Under the pieces are notes generated by a model. The model saw only the letters and a list, made by a program, of their open reading frames with translations, made no database searches and was not told the origin of the DNA. Shown here piece after piece: positions 28,840 to 38,071 of a stretch of 64,000 nucleotides of DNA. Source of the DNA: Thermoproteota archaeon (GTDB lineage Archaea > Korarchaeota > JAOZGF01 > JAOZFZ01). The translations under genes and the position numbers were made by a program. Each line of letters opens with the position of its first letter. Position 1 is the first letter of the stretch. The stretch covers positions 512,001-576,000 of the forward strand of contig JAOZFT010000004.1 of assembly GCA_027492035.1 (NCBI GenBank), written 5' to 3'.

Positions 28840-30013
28840 TTCATTGCCTAAACCTGGATTCAGTTTTTTAAAAAAATTAAGCTTAGAAAGAGGGTTAGTT
28901 ATAGTTGGAGCTGCTAACCTGTTAAACAGTTTATTTGGGGGAGTGTTCTGGCTCTACGCTGCCTCGTTAGTAAAGACCGTGAACGAATACGGTTACCTAA
29001 ACTATTTGGTTTCAATAGCTAACATTCTAAAAATTTTTATTTTGTTGGGGTTAAACACCACCGTCACAACATTGCTTGCTAAAGGAAGGGAAGAAATTGT
29101 TCAGGAATCAAACCTGGTGGTTTTAGCAGCCTTCATCCTCCTTTCCATGGTAGTCAGTTTAAACAATTGGGTCATCATCTTGCTCCTCACTGAAGCATTT
29201 CTTTTAATGAGTGTGGCAGAAATACTTGGAAGAAAAAGTTACAAAGAATATTTTTTAGTCATGGCAGGGTACAGGGCTACTCAAATAGTTTTAGGTTACC
29301 TCTTTTTTATTTATCAAGGGGCACTGGGGCTCCTTATAGGCTACTCTTCAGCCTTCATTTTCTTCAGTTACAGATTCATCTCCTCCCTAAAACAGTGCTC
29401 CCTCCACCTTAACATTTTAAAACAAAATTTCTCTTTCACCTTCTTCACTTTCCTTTCTCAACTTTCAGCCACCATAGTAACTTTCCTAGACAAAGTAATC
29501 ATCCCCTCCCTATTCCAAGATGTCTCCTTCGGATTCAAAGTGTTAGGCTTCTTCCAATTGGCAAATCAATTCTTTTGGCTGCTAAATGTCGTTCCCCTAA
29601 GCATCTTCAACTATTTACTGCCTGAAGAAGCAAGTGGGGCTAAAAAGAAAAACATCTTCACAGTAGGAGCCCTAACTTCAATCCTCCTTGCACTGGTTAA
29701 CCTATCCCTCTCCCCGATTGTAATTAAACACTTATTTCCAAACTTCACAGAAGCAATTCCTTTGACACAACTTCTTGGATTTGCAGTTGTCCCCGCCACT
29801 ATAGCTTATGTTTACAGGGCGAAGTTTTTCAGTAAGCTTTGGAGTTTAGACGTATTAATAGGAAACCTAATTTTTGTAGTGGCTGAAGTAGGAGGACTAT
29901 ATTTAGTCAGATATAGGCTTGGTTTAATGGGCCTAGGTTATATTTTACTTGGTAGTCAGGCGTTAACTGCTTTATACTACACTTTTCGTGGAATGAATAA
30001 AGGGGAAATTTAA
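28763..30013 (+). CDS. MOP-superfamily oligosaccharide flippase (Wzx/AglR-like)
   Basis: About 12 TMs; N-terminal FWL.AA...EYG...Y, LDKVII, LGFFQLA; likely start at the ATG of MERKE. Confidence 0.8.
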   Translation: MQKLVGNTSTNSVEKGMERKEVLHGDSLPKPGFSFLKKLSLERGLVIVGAANLLNSLFGGVFWLYAASLVKTVNEYGYLNYLVSIANILKIFILLGLNTTVTTLLAKGREEIVQESNLVVLAAFILLSMVVSLNNWVIILLLTEAFLLMSVAEILGRKSYKEYFLVMAGYRATQIVLGYLFFIYQGALGLLIGYSSAFIFFSYRFISSLKQCSLHLNILKQNFSFTFFTFLSQLSATIVTFLDKVIIPSLFQDVSFGFKVLGFFQLANQFFWLLNVVPLSIFNYLLPEEASGAKKKNIFTVGALTSILLALVNLSLSPIVIKHLFPNFTEAIPLTQLLGFAVVPATIAYVYRAKFFSKLWSLDVLIGNLIFVVAEVGGLYLVRYRLGLMGLGYILLGSQALTALYYTFRGMNKGEI

Positions 30014-30078
30014 ATATCCCCCCCTGTTAAGTTAAAGAGAAGGGTTTAATGGAAACTTTTTAGAGGGTTGTTCCTGTC

Positions 30079-31020
30079 ATGCTTGTTTCGCCTGAAATAA
30101 CTCAACTATACTTTAAACAAGCCTATAGAATAGTGGGGAAACATAAGCATGCAGCTGTGAAAATCTGTCACTGGACTAAGGAGAGCTTAAGGTGGGATCG
30201 AGTCTGTTACAAGGAACTTTGGTATCCTCCGGTTGAGTCTCATCGCTGCATGGAGATGACACCATATGTTGGCTGTAATCATCATTGTCTTTTTTGTTGG
30301 AGAATCCATTCAGGGGATAGACCTAATTTAAGATGGAAAGAACTACCTTCAGCGGACACAAAGTTTGATAACCCTGAAACAATTGTCACCGAGTCCATTG
30401 AAGCCAGAAAGCAGTTACTGGTGGGGTTCAAAGGCAATCCTTTAACCGATAATAGGAAATATGAAAAGGCTTTGAAACCAACCATGATGACAATGAGCCT
30501 GACAGGTGAACCTACTCTCTACCCTGACCTTTCAGGACTTATTTCCGCTGCAAAGAAACACGGGATGGTAACGTTTCTGGTAACTAATGGGACCCTCCCT
30601 GAAAGACTAGAAGAAATGGATCCTCTCCCCTTCCAACTTTACGTTACCCTTCCAGCTCCAGATAAAAAAACCTATTTGAAAACAACTAAACCGCTGATTA
30701 AAAACGGTTGGGGGAAACTGAATGAAACACTGGGCCTTTTTCCAAGCCTAAACACCAGGAAAGTAATTAGGTTAACTCTCGTCAAAGGTTTGAACATGTT
30801 CGACTCTGAAAAATACGCTAAGTTAATTGAAAAAGCTGAACCCGACTTTGTTGAACCTAAAGGTTTCATGTGGGTTGGAGAAGCAAGGAACAGGTTACCT
30901 AAGGAAGCAATGCCCTCTCATGAAGAAATTAAAAAGTTTGGAAAGGAACTTTCCAATTACTTAGGGTACGAAATAGTTGATGAATTTAAACCGAGCAGAG
31001 TTGTACTTTTGAAGAAATAA
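30079..31020 (+). CDS. taw1: tRNA 4-demethylwyosine synthase (radical SAM)
   Basis: KICHWTK, CNHHCLFCWR, SLTGEPTLY, FLVTNG, EPKGFMWVG. Confidence 0.95.
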   Translation: MLVSPEITQLYFKQAYRIVGKHKHAAVKICHWTKESLRWDRVCYKELWYPPVESHRCMEMTPYVGCNHHCLFCWRIHSGDRPNLRWKELPSADTKFDNPETIVTESIEARKQLLVGFKGNPLTDNRKYEKALKPTMMTMSLTGEPTLYPDLSGLISAAKKHGMVTFLVTNGTLPERLEEMDPLPFQLYVTLPAPDKKTYLKTTKPLIKNGWGKLNETLGLFPSLNTRKVIRLTLVKGLNMFDSEKYAKLIEKAEPDFVEPKGFMWVGEARNRLPKEAMPSHEEIKKFGKELSNYLGYEIVDEFKPSRVVLLKK

Positions 31021-31035
31021 GGAATGGTTAAGAAT

Positions 31036-31248
31036 TTACTTCCCATGAATTATTTTTATTAAGTTCTTGAATAAAGTTTTTTGGGAAAGTGAAATAAGAA
31101 GGGAAACAACAGCTAAACAAGAGAAAAGTGCAGCTTCAAAAGCGTAAAAACTGAACCAGCCTCTCAAAGATAAATCAATGTAATACATGCTTACAGTTTC
31201 AAACATGAAGGCAAGAGTTATTCCTAAAACAGGGAAGAAATTCCTCAT
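31036..31248 (-). CDS. small two-TM membrane protein
   Basis: GGGGTG RBS-like element upstream of ATG; two hydrophobic helices. Confidence 0.5.
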   Translation of the reverse strand: MRNFFPVLGITLAFMFETVSMYYIDLSLRGWFSFYAFEAALFSCLAVVSLLISLSQKTLFKNLIKIIHGK

Positions 31249-31358
31249 CTCTTACACCCCTTACATAATTTTTAACAAAATTTTTTAAATGAAAAACATC
31301 CAAAAAACTGTATAGGAATATTAACATCCCAATTTATATTTGTTTGCTTTCTATACTT

Positions 31359-31376
31359 TTCAGAAACGTTTCTGAA
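31359..31376. promoter_or_regulatory. perfect 18-bp palindrome TTCAGAAACGTTTCTGAA
   Basis: Read directly; ~110 bp upstream of the small membrane gene. Confidence 0.45.
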
Positions 31377-31612
31377 TGTTCATAAATGGTTTCGAAAAGG
31401 TAAAAACCCTCAATAGGGCTCGGTTCAGCAACCCATACAAGAAAACATCATGTTGACACAACCTATTTTCATGTAACTTCAGAGGTTCATAACTTCTGTA
31501 ATTCTTCAGGCTGCGTAAGAAAAAGGTGTAAACTAGAGTTTAGGGTTATAAAATGAAAAGGATTTTTCCTATCACTTACTTTGCTTATATCCCCTATCTT
31601 CAATATTTTTCT

Positions 31613-33883
31613 TTAATTAATGATTGTCCTTAAGAATTTAGATGTTTGCTGTGGAATTAACGGATTCGGAATTTCAAGTATGAACCCTTTCACTTCCTTA
31701 TATTTTCCGGAGGACAATATAAAACTCATTAGTTCTTGACTTAAAGTTTCTGGTGATTCAATTCTTGATTTTGAAAGGTCTATCTGTACATAGAAAGGTT
31801 TCTTTAATGGTTTTAAAAGTTTTAGGTCCTTTTCAATCAAGCCATAAATAAACTCCACTTGTAAAGCAGTATGCCTAACTACGTAATCGCTGTTTTCAAC
31901 TATTCTTTTCAAATTCCCAGAAGTTTTTCTTGTTTGTTGGAGGAGTGGGCCAATTATTCCTACACCGAATCTTAACCCCTTCCTTTTCACGATGTTTGAA
32001 GCTTCTTCAATGTTTATGGAGAAAATTTTAGGCCCCATCACTCTTAAACTATTAATTTGCGGTTTCTTCGACAAAAAGGTTTCAATATCCCTTATTATTG
32101 TTTCGGTTTCTTCAACAAAGACAGTTACCTCTAGCTTTTCAATTTTTGTTTCTTTTCTTAACTGCATTAGGAAATCTAGGAATGTTTTTGATGTCGCAAT
32201 TTGTTGGGAAACCCCTATAGACAAGTTTGGAGGGTTCAGGTACTTCACGGTTTTAATCCATTCATTAAGAAGTTTATTATTCTCTATGTCTCCCTTCTTC
32301 AGTAAAATGTTTAATCCTTCAATTTCTCCCTTCATTTCTTCAATGGAAGGTTTAGTGATGTTTTGTGCAGCTTCAATAATTACGTATTTACCGTACACTG
32401 CTAAAACCTTGAATCTGAAATTAATAAAGGGTTTATAGCGTAAAAACTCATTTTTACCTAAAACAAAGACGCCACTTTTCTTTCCTTTCTTTAATGCTTG
32501 GAACATTTCTTCTGTCTGAACTTCCCTGTACATACCTGTATCTGTTCTTCTACCACTCATTAAGCAAATATAGTCACCAACGGGTCCTGTCCTTACGTGG
32601 ATTATTTCATTCTCTGAAGTGTTTTCCTTGATCCACGCAATAACTTTTTGGAGATCTTGGTCATGGAATAACCCAATCATGAGTATTCCTTCACTAGAGA
32701 AAAGGGATCCCTCTTTTAAACCTCTAAACTCTGAAGCTAAGGGTGTTTGAAGTAAATTGAACAATGAAGTTTTTTTAGGTCCAAGGAATTGTCCTTTATT
32801 TCTCCTGCCACCTGCAAAACCAATTTTTAAATTGAAGAACAAACTAAACATAAAAACTGCAAGAATTACCCCTGAAAACAAAACTCTTTTTTTGCCTTCG
32901 CTTAACCTCACCATTTTGCTAATTAAAATTTTAAGGAAAAAAACAAGTCCAACAGCGGCAACTAAAGAATTTATTATTGGGGAATGAAGAAAATACCTTG
33001 CACCATAAGTGAACAAGATTGAAAAGAAACCTAAAAAGGCAGCTAAAAACAGTTTATCCTTAACTCTTCTCTTCCTTAAGAGAAAAAAGAACCCAGCGAT
33101 GCTGAAAACCAGAATTAAAAGATTCATACTCAAGAACCCTATTAAAGGAATTCTTGAACGAACCAAATGGGCAGATAACGAATCCAAGTTTGTTAGTATG
33201 TGGTAAATCCAGGGAGAAAAAAGGAGGAAGGATAAACCTGTAACTTTCCCGAAAAACCCTAAATAAGACTTATTTCTCCTGTATATTAGTAGGCAAAAGA
33301 TAAAAAGGCCTAAAATAATTACGTAAGGTAAACCTAAGTGTGAATAAAGAAAAACAGTTAATAAAATAGTTGAAAAAAGGAAATTTTTCTTGTAAAAAGA
33401 GTAAAGAAAAAGGGGAAGGAGTGCAATTATCAAAGCAGTGGGTGCAACAGAGCATTGCCACATCCAAAACTCTGGACAAGCAGAAAGTAAGCTAAGTGTT
33501 AAAGCTGAAACATGTTCGTTGTAAATTAGCCTCGTAACCAGCCAAGCACTAAACAATGTTAAAGGGTATTGAATAATTCCTATAACTCTTCCCACATCTA
33601 AAAAATTTAAGTTAAAAGCATCGTGTAAAAACCAAATCAAAACATGTTCAAGGGGAGGGTAGAGATTAGGTCTCCCTATAGGGGCGAATTCGTAATAATC
33701 CCATAAACAAACAGTGTGGAAGTCGGAAAACATTTTTCCCATTAATAAATGATAAGGTGAATCAATACCTATGGGGAAGCTTTCCCAATTTAAAAGAAGT
33801 AAAACTCCATGTAAGGAAATTATGAGCATGGACAAGAAATCAAAAAGAGTTGCTTTCTCCCAAAAAGCTTCTTTTATTCCCAT
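31613..33883 (-). CDS. AglB/STT3-like GT-C membrane glycosyltransferase with a large extracellular C-terminal region
   Basis: GIDSPYH, WDYYEFAPIGRPNLYPPLEH luminal-loop motifs; ~11-13 TMs; WIKENT...GDYI...SGRRT. Confidence 0.65.
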   Translation of the reverse strand: MGIKEAFWEKATLFDFLSMLIISLHGVLLLLNWESFPIGIDSPYHLLMGKMFSDFHTVCLWDYYEFAPIGRPNLYPPLEHVLIWFLHDAFNLNFLDVGRVIGIIQYPLTLFSAWLVTRLIYNEHVSALTLSLLSACPEFWMWQCSVAPTALIIALLPLFLYSFYKKNFLFSTILLTVFLYSHLGLPYVIILGLFIFCLLIYRRNKSYLGFFGKVTGLSFLLFSPWIYHILTNLDSLSAHLVRSRIPLIGFLSMNLLILVFSIAGFFFLLRKRRVKDKLFLAAFLGFFSILFTYGARYFLHSPIINSLVAAVGLVFFLKILISKMVRLSEGKKRVLFSGVILAVFMFSLFFNLKIGFAGGRRNKGQFLGPKKTSLFNLLQTPLASEFRGLKEGSLFSSEGILMIGLFHDQDLQKVIAWIKENTSENEIIHVRTGPVGDYICLMSGRRTDTGMYREVQTEEMFQALKKGKKSGVFVLGKNEFLRYKPFINFRFKVLAVYGKYVIIEAAQNITKPSIEEMKGEIEGLNILLKKGDIENNKLLNEWIKTVKYLNPPNLSIGVSQQIATSKTFLDFLMQLRKETKIEKLEVTVFVEETETIIRDIETFLSKKPQINSLRVMGPKIFSINIEEASNIVKRKGLRFGVGIIGPLLQQTRKTSGNLKRIVENSDYVVRHTALQVEFIYGLIEKDLKLLKPLKKPFYVQIDLSKSRIESPETLSQELMSFILSSGKYKEVKGFILEIPNPLIPQQTSKFLRTIIN

Positions 33884-34136
33884 TTGTTTCCTTTACCTCT
33901 CTTTCAAGCCCTTAACTCCACCTTAAACTATCTTTACTTCCTTTTCCTCCATCTTTAATGTATCGCTCATTTGGAAAAAGCAGAATTTTACTCATTTAAA
34001 ATTTTTATTTCTACATAATCTAAAGAAAAACTGGGCTGTTAATCAGGTACTATCAGGTTTTCACGAGTCCTTTATATATCCTGACAGGAATAACTCTAAC
34101 AGTTTTGAGTAAATGGAGAAGAACGATGGGGAGAAA

Positions 34137-35126
34137 TTAAAGTTTCGGGAATCTGTAATTCAGCTTGATAACTTTTCCTGTCTTTGCTGATTCAAGCATT
34201 TTCTCTGCAATATAAAGGGCAATTAAGCCATCTTTTCCTGAAGCCTTAGGTTCCATCTTTTCCCTTATACACCTCAAAAAATGTTTAAGTTCCTCTTTCA
34301 AAGGTTCATTCCATTTCAGATTCGGATATATTTCCCTTCGTCCTTCACTTGAATACTTTTCTATTTTTAACTGTTTCCAAGCGTCATCAAAATGTATTAT
34401 TCCTTCCTCACCCGTTACTATTAATTCCCTAACTTTGCTGGGTGAAAGCCAGTTATTTTCCAAAAAACAAGAGATATTTCCATTTACTTTTAATAAGGCG
34501 GTGGAATAATCCTCATTCACATGTTTAACTCGGCCTGTATAAGCGAATACTTCAATGGGGTCCTTGTTTAAAAGAAACCTTATTAAGTCAATGTCGTGAA
34601 TGGCTAAATCCTTCACAACCCCTATATCTGAAACCCTTGTAAACATCATCCCTAACCTTTTAAATGACAAAACTAATGGTTTACCCACTACTCCTTGCTT
34701 AAGTAACTCTTTAACTTTAACAACGCCAGAGTTATATCTCATTATGTGGCCAACGGCTAAAGTAAGGTTTCTCTTCTTAGCCTCCTTAACTATCTCCAAA
34801 GCTTCCTTTATACTTGTTGCAAAAGGTTTTTCAATTAAAACATTCACATTTCTTCTTAAAACTTTTAAAGCAAGTTCAGCATGGGTCTTTGTCGGTGTAA
34901 CTACACTTATCGCTTCCACTTTTTCTTTTTTAATCATTTTATCGACATCACGATAAGTTTCAACCCCATATTCTCTCTTAACCCTTTTTAATTTTTCGTT
35001 ATCTAAATCCACGGCAGCCATTAAGTCAGCTTCTCTTAATTCACTATAAACCCTTAAATGGTTCATTCCCCAATTACCAACCCCAGCTACAGCAACTTTA
35101 ATTTTATCCATTTCTTCACCCTGCAC
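34137..35126 (-). CDS. Gfo/Idh/MocA oxidoreductase (nucleotide-sugar dehydrogenase-like)
   Basis: G.GNWG.NH, EKP, VGHIMRYN, DLAIHDID. Confidence 0.92.
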   Translation of the reverse strand: MQGEEMDKIKVAVAGVGNWGMNHLRVYSELREADLMAAVDLDNEKLKRVKREYGVETYRDVDKMIKKEKVEAISVVTPTKTHAELALKVLRRNVNVLIEKPFATSIKEALEIVKEAKKRNLTLAVGHIMRYNSGVVKVKELLKQGVVGKPLVLSFKRLGMMFTRVSDIGVVKDLAIHDIDLIRFLLNKDPIEVFAYTGRVKHVNEDYSTALLKVNGNISCFLENNWLSPSKVRELIVTGEEGIIHFDDAWKQLKIEKYSSEGRREIYPNLKWNEPLKEELKHFLRCIREKMEPKASGKDGLIALYIAEKMLESAKTGKVIKLNYRFPKL

Positions 35127-35272
35127 CTCTGGAAAAAGAGACTTGTGAAGGGAGATGTAATAACTTAACTCTCAACTTAAACCTAGTTCCTTTGAAGAAA
35201 TTTTTCAAAAAGAAGCCTAATAAATATCTTTTTAAATTCTACACTTCGTGTCTCCTCAAAAAATAAACGTTT

Positions 35273-35692
35273 TTGAAAATATGGAGGAAAAGTGTTGAAA
35301 TGGAGCTGTTAGAAACCAATGCAGGGAGTAAATTTGTTAAAGGAAAAAGTATCTTAATATATGGCGCCTGCACCGAACTAGAACACCCAAAAATTCTTGA
35401 AGAAGCATCTAAAGGAAAGACGAAGCTTTCTCTTTGCTTAGAAAAGGAGCACATGAACATGGTTGTTTATAAACTAGCTACCATGCTTAATTTAACGAAA
35501 CCCCCTAAAGATGTAACTGTACTAACTATTGACGGATCCCCTCATTGTGTACAGCTGCATTACGCAGTTGAGGAAGCTAAAAAATTAACGCATTCAACTA
35601 TTCCAGTTAAGCATTTAGTCATAATCAATAAAAGAGTGGTTGAGGTCTCTCCTGAAAAAGTTAAATTGTCTAGGTACTTAAGTAAAATTTAA
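35273..35692 (+). CDS. putative Fe-S-associated protein (Cys/His motifs)
   Basis: LIYGAC, LSLCLE..HMN, VLTIDGSPHCVQLH. Confidence 0.65.
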   Translation: MKIWRKSVEMELLETNAGSKFVKGKSILIYGACTELEHPKILEEASKGKTKLSLCLEKEHMNMVVYKLATMLNLTKPPKDVTVLTIDGSPHCVQLHYAVEEAKKLTHSTIPVKHLVIINKRVVEVSPEKVKLSRYLSKI

Positions 35693-35706
35693 AAAAAGAA
35701 ATAAAT

Positions 35707-35728
35707 ATAACTAGATATATCTAATTAT
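35707..35728. promoter_or_regulatory. candidate PadR operator ATAAcTAGATATATCTAaTTAT
   Basis: Perfect 12-bp core TAGATATATCTA within a 22-bp near-perfect IR, ~20 bp upstream of padR. Confidence 0.6.
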
Positions 35729-35747
35729 CGAAAAAAGTGAATGAAAA

Positions 35748-36254
35748 ATGGTAAAGCAACCAATTAATTTTAAACCGGGAAATTTCTTGCCTAGGAAACC
35801 TATTCTGTTCAAGAAGGGATTCTTTAAAATCCTTCTGCTGTATTATTTGAATGAAAAACCAATGCATGGCTACGAAATTATCAACAAAATCCGTAAAGAG
35901 TTCCTAGGTTTCTATGCCCCGAGTCCAGGTGTGGTTTACCCAACCTTGTTTTATCTTGAAGATTTAGGTTATGTTTACCATGAAAAAGAGGACGGCAGAA
36001 AGATTTATCATTTGACAGAGAAAGGAAAGAAATTTCTATCAACTAAAGAAGCGCAAATAAAGTTTTTTCTTAAGAAAAAGGAAGAAATAAAAAAATTCGT
36101 CTGTAAAGGTTTTTTTAAAAAACTATTTGAAATATTCAAACTTTTAACCCTTCATTACCAAGAAATAAGTGAAAGAAAAGCTTCTGAAATAGTGAAAGTT
36201 ATTGAGGACTCTCATAGCAAAATCCAAGAAATAATTTTCAAAGGTGAACAGTGA
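35748..36254 (+). CDS. PadR-family transcriptional regulator
   Basis: PMHGYEI, PSPGVVYPTL, RKIYHLTEKG. Confidence 0.93.
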   Translation: MVKQPINFKPGNFLPRKPILFKKGFFKILLLYYLNEKPMHGYEIINKIRKEFLGFYAPSPGVVYPTLFYLEDLGYVYHEKEDGRKIYHLTEKGKKFLSTKEAQIKFFLKKKEEIKKFVCKGFFKKLFEIFKLLTLHYQEISERKASEIVKVIEDSHSKIQEIIFKGEQ

Positions 36255-37245
36255 AAAAATGAAGGAAATAGTTGTTACTGAAAATTTAACAAAAATTTAC
36301 AATAAAAAGGTTTTAGCAGTTGACCATGTAAACCTTAGAATCTATAAGGGAGAAATTTTCGGTTTCTTAGGCCCTAATGGAGCAGGCAAAACCACAACAA
36401 TTAAAATGTTAGTTACTCTGCTTCAACCCACAGAAGGAACTGCTTTCGTTAACGGGTTCAATATATTAACTGAGCCCCACGAAGTAAGGAAAAATATTGG
36501 CATAGTTTTCCAAGAGCCTGCCTTAGATTTACAATTAACAGGAAAAGAAAACCTTGACTTCCACGCTAGAATTTATGGTTTGAAAAGGGATGAACGTAAA
36601 AAAAGGATAAATGAAGTTCTGGAACTTGTTAATTTAAAAGATAAAGCTGATATTTTAGTTAAAAATTACTCTGGAGGCATGAAAAGAAGATTAGAAATAG
36701 CTAGGGGATTAATGCATTACCCAAATGTTTTATTTCTTGACGAACCAACTCTAGGGCTTGATCCACAAAGTAGGAGAGCTATCTGGGACTATATCAAAGA
36801 AATAAATAAGCGCGAAAACGTCACAGTCTTCCTTACAACTCATTATATGGATGAAGCCGAATACCTTTGTGACAGGGTAGCAATCATAGATCACGGAAAA
36901 ATTTTGGTTTTAAACAGCCCGGCAGCTCTCAAGAATTCATTAGGAAACGACTTAATAACCTTAAGCTGCAACTCGACCGAAAAACTTTACAATGCACTAA
37001 AAAGTGAACACTGGGTTAAGAATTTGAAAATTCATGGTGAAGAATTATTCTTAGGGGTTAAGTCAGGTGAAAAAAGATTGGTGCAAATAATAAATTTAGC
37101 TTCTGAACTGAATGTGAAAGTAAACTTTGTGAACTTACGTAAGCCAACCCTAGAAGATGTATTCCTCCATTACACAGGTAGAAAAATAAGGGATGAAAAA
37201 AGAGATTTCAGAAGAGAAATAACCATTCGCAGAATGAGGCGTTAA
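36244..37245 (+). CDS. DrrA-like ABC exporter ATP-binding protein
   Basis: GPNGAGKTT, YSGGMKRRLEIA, LDEPT, PTLEDVFL. Confidence 0.95.
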   Translation: MNSEKMKEIVVTENLTKIYNKKVLAVDHVNLRIYKGEIFGFLGPNGAGKTTTIKMLVTLLQPTEGTAFVNGFNILTEPHEVRKNIGIVFQEPALDLQLTGKENLDFHARIYGLKRDERKKRINEVLELVNLKDKADILVKNYSGGMKRRLEIARGLMHYPNVLFLDEPTLGLDPQSRRAIWDYIKEINKRENVTVFLTTHYMDEAEYLCDRVAIIDHGKILVLNSPAALKNSLGNDLITLSCNSTEKLYNALKSEHWVKNLKIHGEELFLGVKSGEKRLVQIINLASELNVKVNFVNLRKPTLEDVFLHYTGRKIRDEKRDFRREITIRRMRR

Positions 37246-37253
37246 AGGGTGAG

Positions 37254-38027
37254 GTGTCTGAAATGAGGTTTCTTGAATTACAAGCTATCTACATAATGTG
37301 GCTTAGACAGTTAAAAGGTTTCGTTAGAGCAAGAAGCAGATTAATAGCGAACATCATACAACCCTTCTTCTTTTTAGCTTTTCTAGGAATAGGTTTCAGC
37401 ACTGCAAAGTTTGCAACTATTCCCATTAACTACTCATATTTAGACTTCTTAGCTCCCGGAATGATAGTTATGTCAGTTCTCTTCTCCTCCATGTTTGCTG
37501 GGGTTTCAGTGCTTTGGGATAAACAATTCGGCTTTTTACAAGAGGTTTTAGTTGCGCCTGTAAGTAGGTTATCTATTGTGATTGGTAGGACATTAGGTGG
37601 CTCAACCACTGCTTTAATTCAAGGCTTTGTAGTGTTATTTGCCTCCTTGGTTTTAGGTGTCAAAATTTCTCTTTCAGGAGTTTTTCTAGCAGTTATTTTC
37701 TTGGTTCTTCTTTCATTCTTTGCTGTTGGTTTCGGTTTAGCTGTAGCTTCGAAAATGGAAGACATACATGGTTTCCAACTAATAATGAACCTAGTGATTT
37801 TTCCATTGTTCTTCCTTTCGTCAGCCTTCTTCCCAATTGAGGGGCTGCCTTCTCAATTTAAAATGCTTGTTTACTTAGATCCCTTAACTTATGGAGTGGA
37901 TGGGGTCAGGGGGAGCCTTGTAGGAATGAATTATTTCTTCCTTCAACTGGATTTATTAGTTTGTTTAGTCCTTGCAGTAGCTGTACTCTTGGTTGGTGCA
38001 TATTTTTTCAAGAAAAGCGAAGTTTAA
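37254..38027 (+). CDS. DrrB-like ABC-2 permease
   Basis: YLDFLAPG, WDKQFGFLQEVLVAPVSR, DPLTYGVDG. Confidence 0.93.
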   Translation: MSEMRFLELQAIYIMWLRQLKGFVRARSRLIANIIQPFFFLAFLGIGFSTAKFATIPINYSYLDFLAPGMIVMSVLFSSMFAGVSVLWDKQFGFLQEVLVAPVSRLSIVIGRTLGGSTTALIQGFVVLFASLVLGVKISLSGVFLAVIFLVLLSFFAVGFGLAVASKMEDIHGFQLIMNLVIFPLFFLSSAFFPIEGLPSQFKMLVYLDPLTYGVDGVRGSLVGMNYFFLQLDLLVCLVLAVAVLLVGAYFFKKSEV

Positions 38028-38071
38028 TTGTGGAAAATTGAATAAACTGTTTTTCTCCAAGCTTCATGTTT

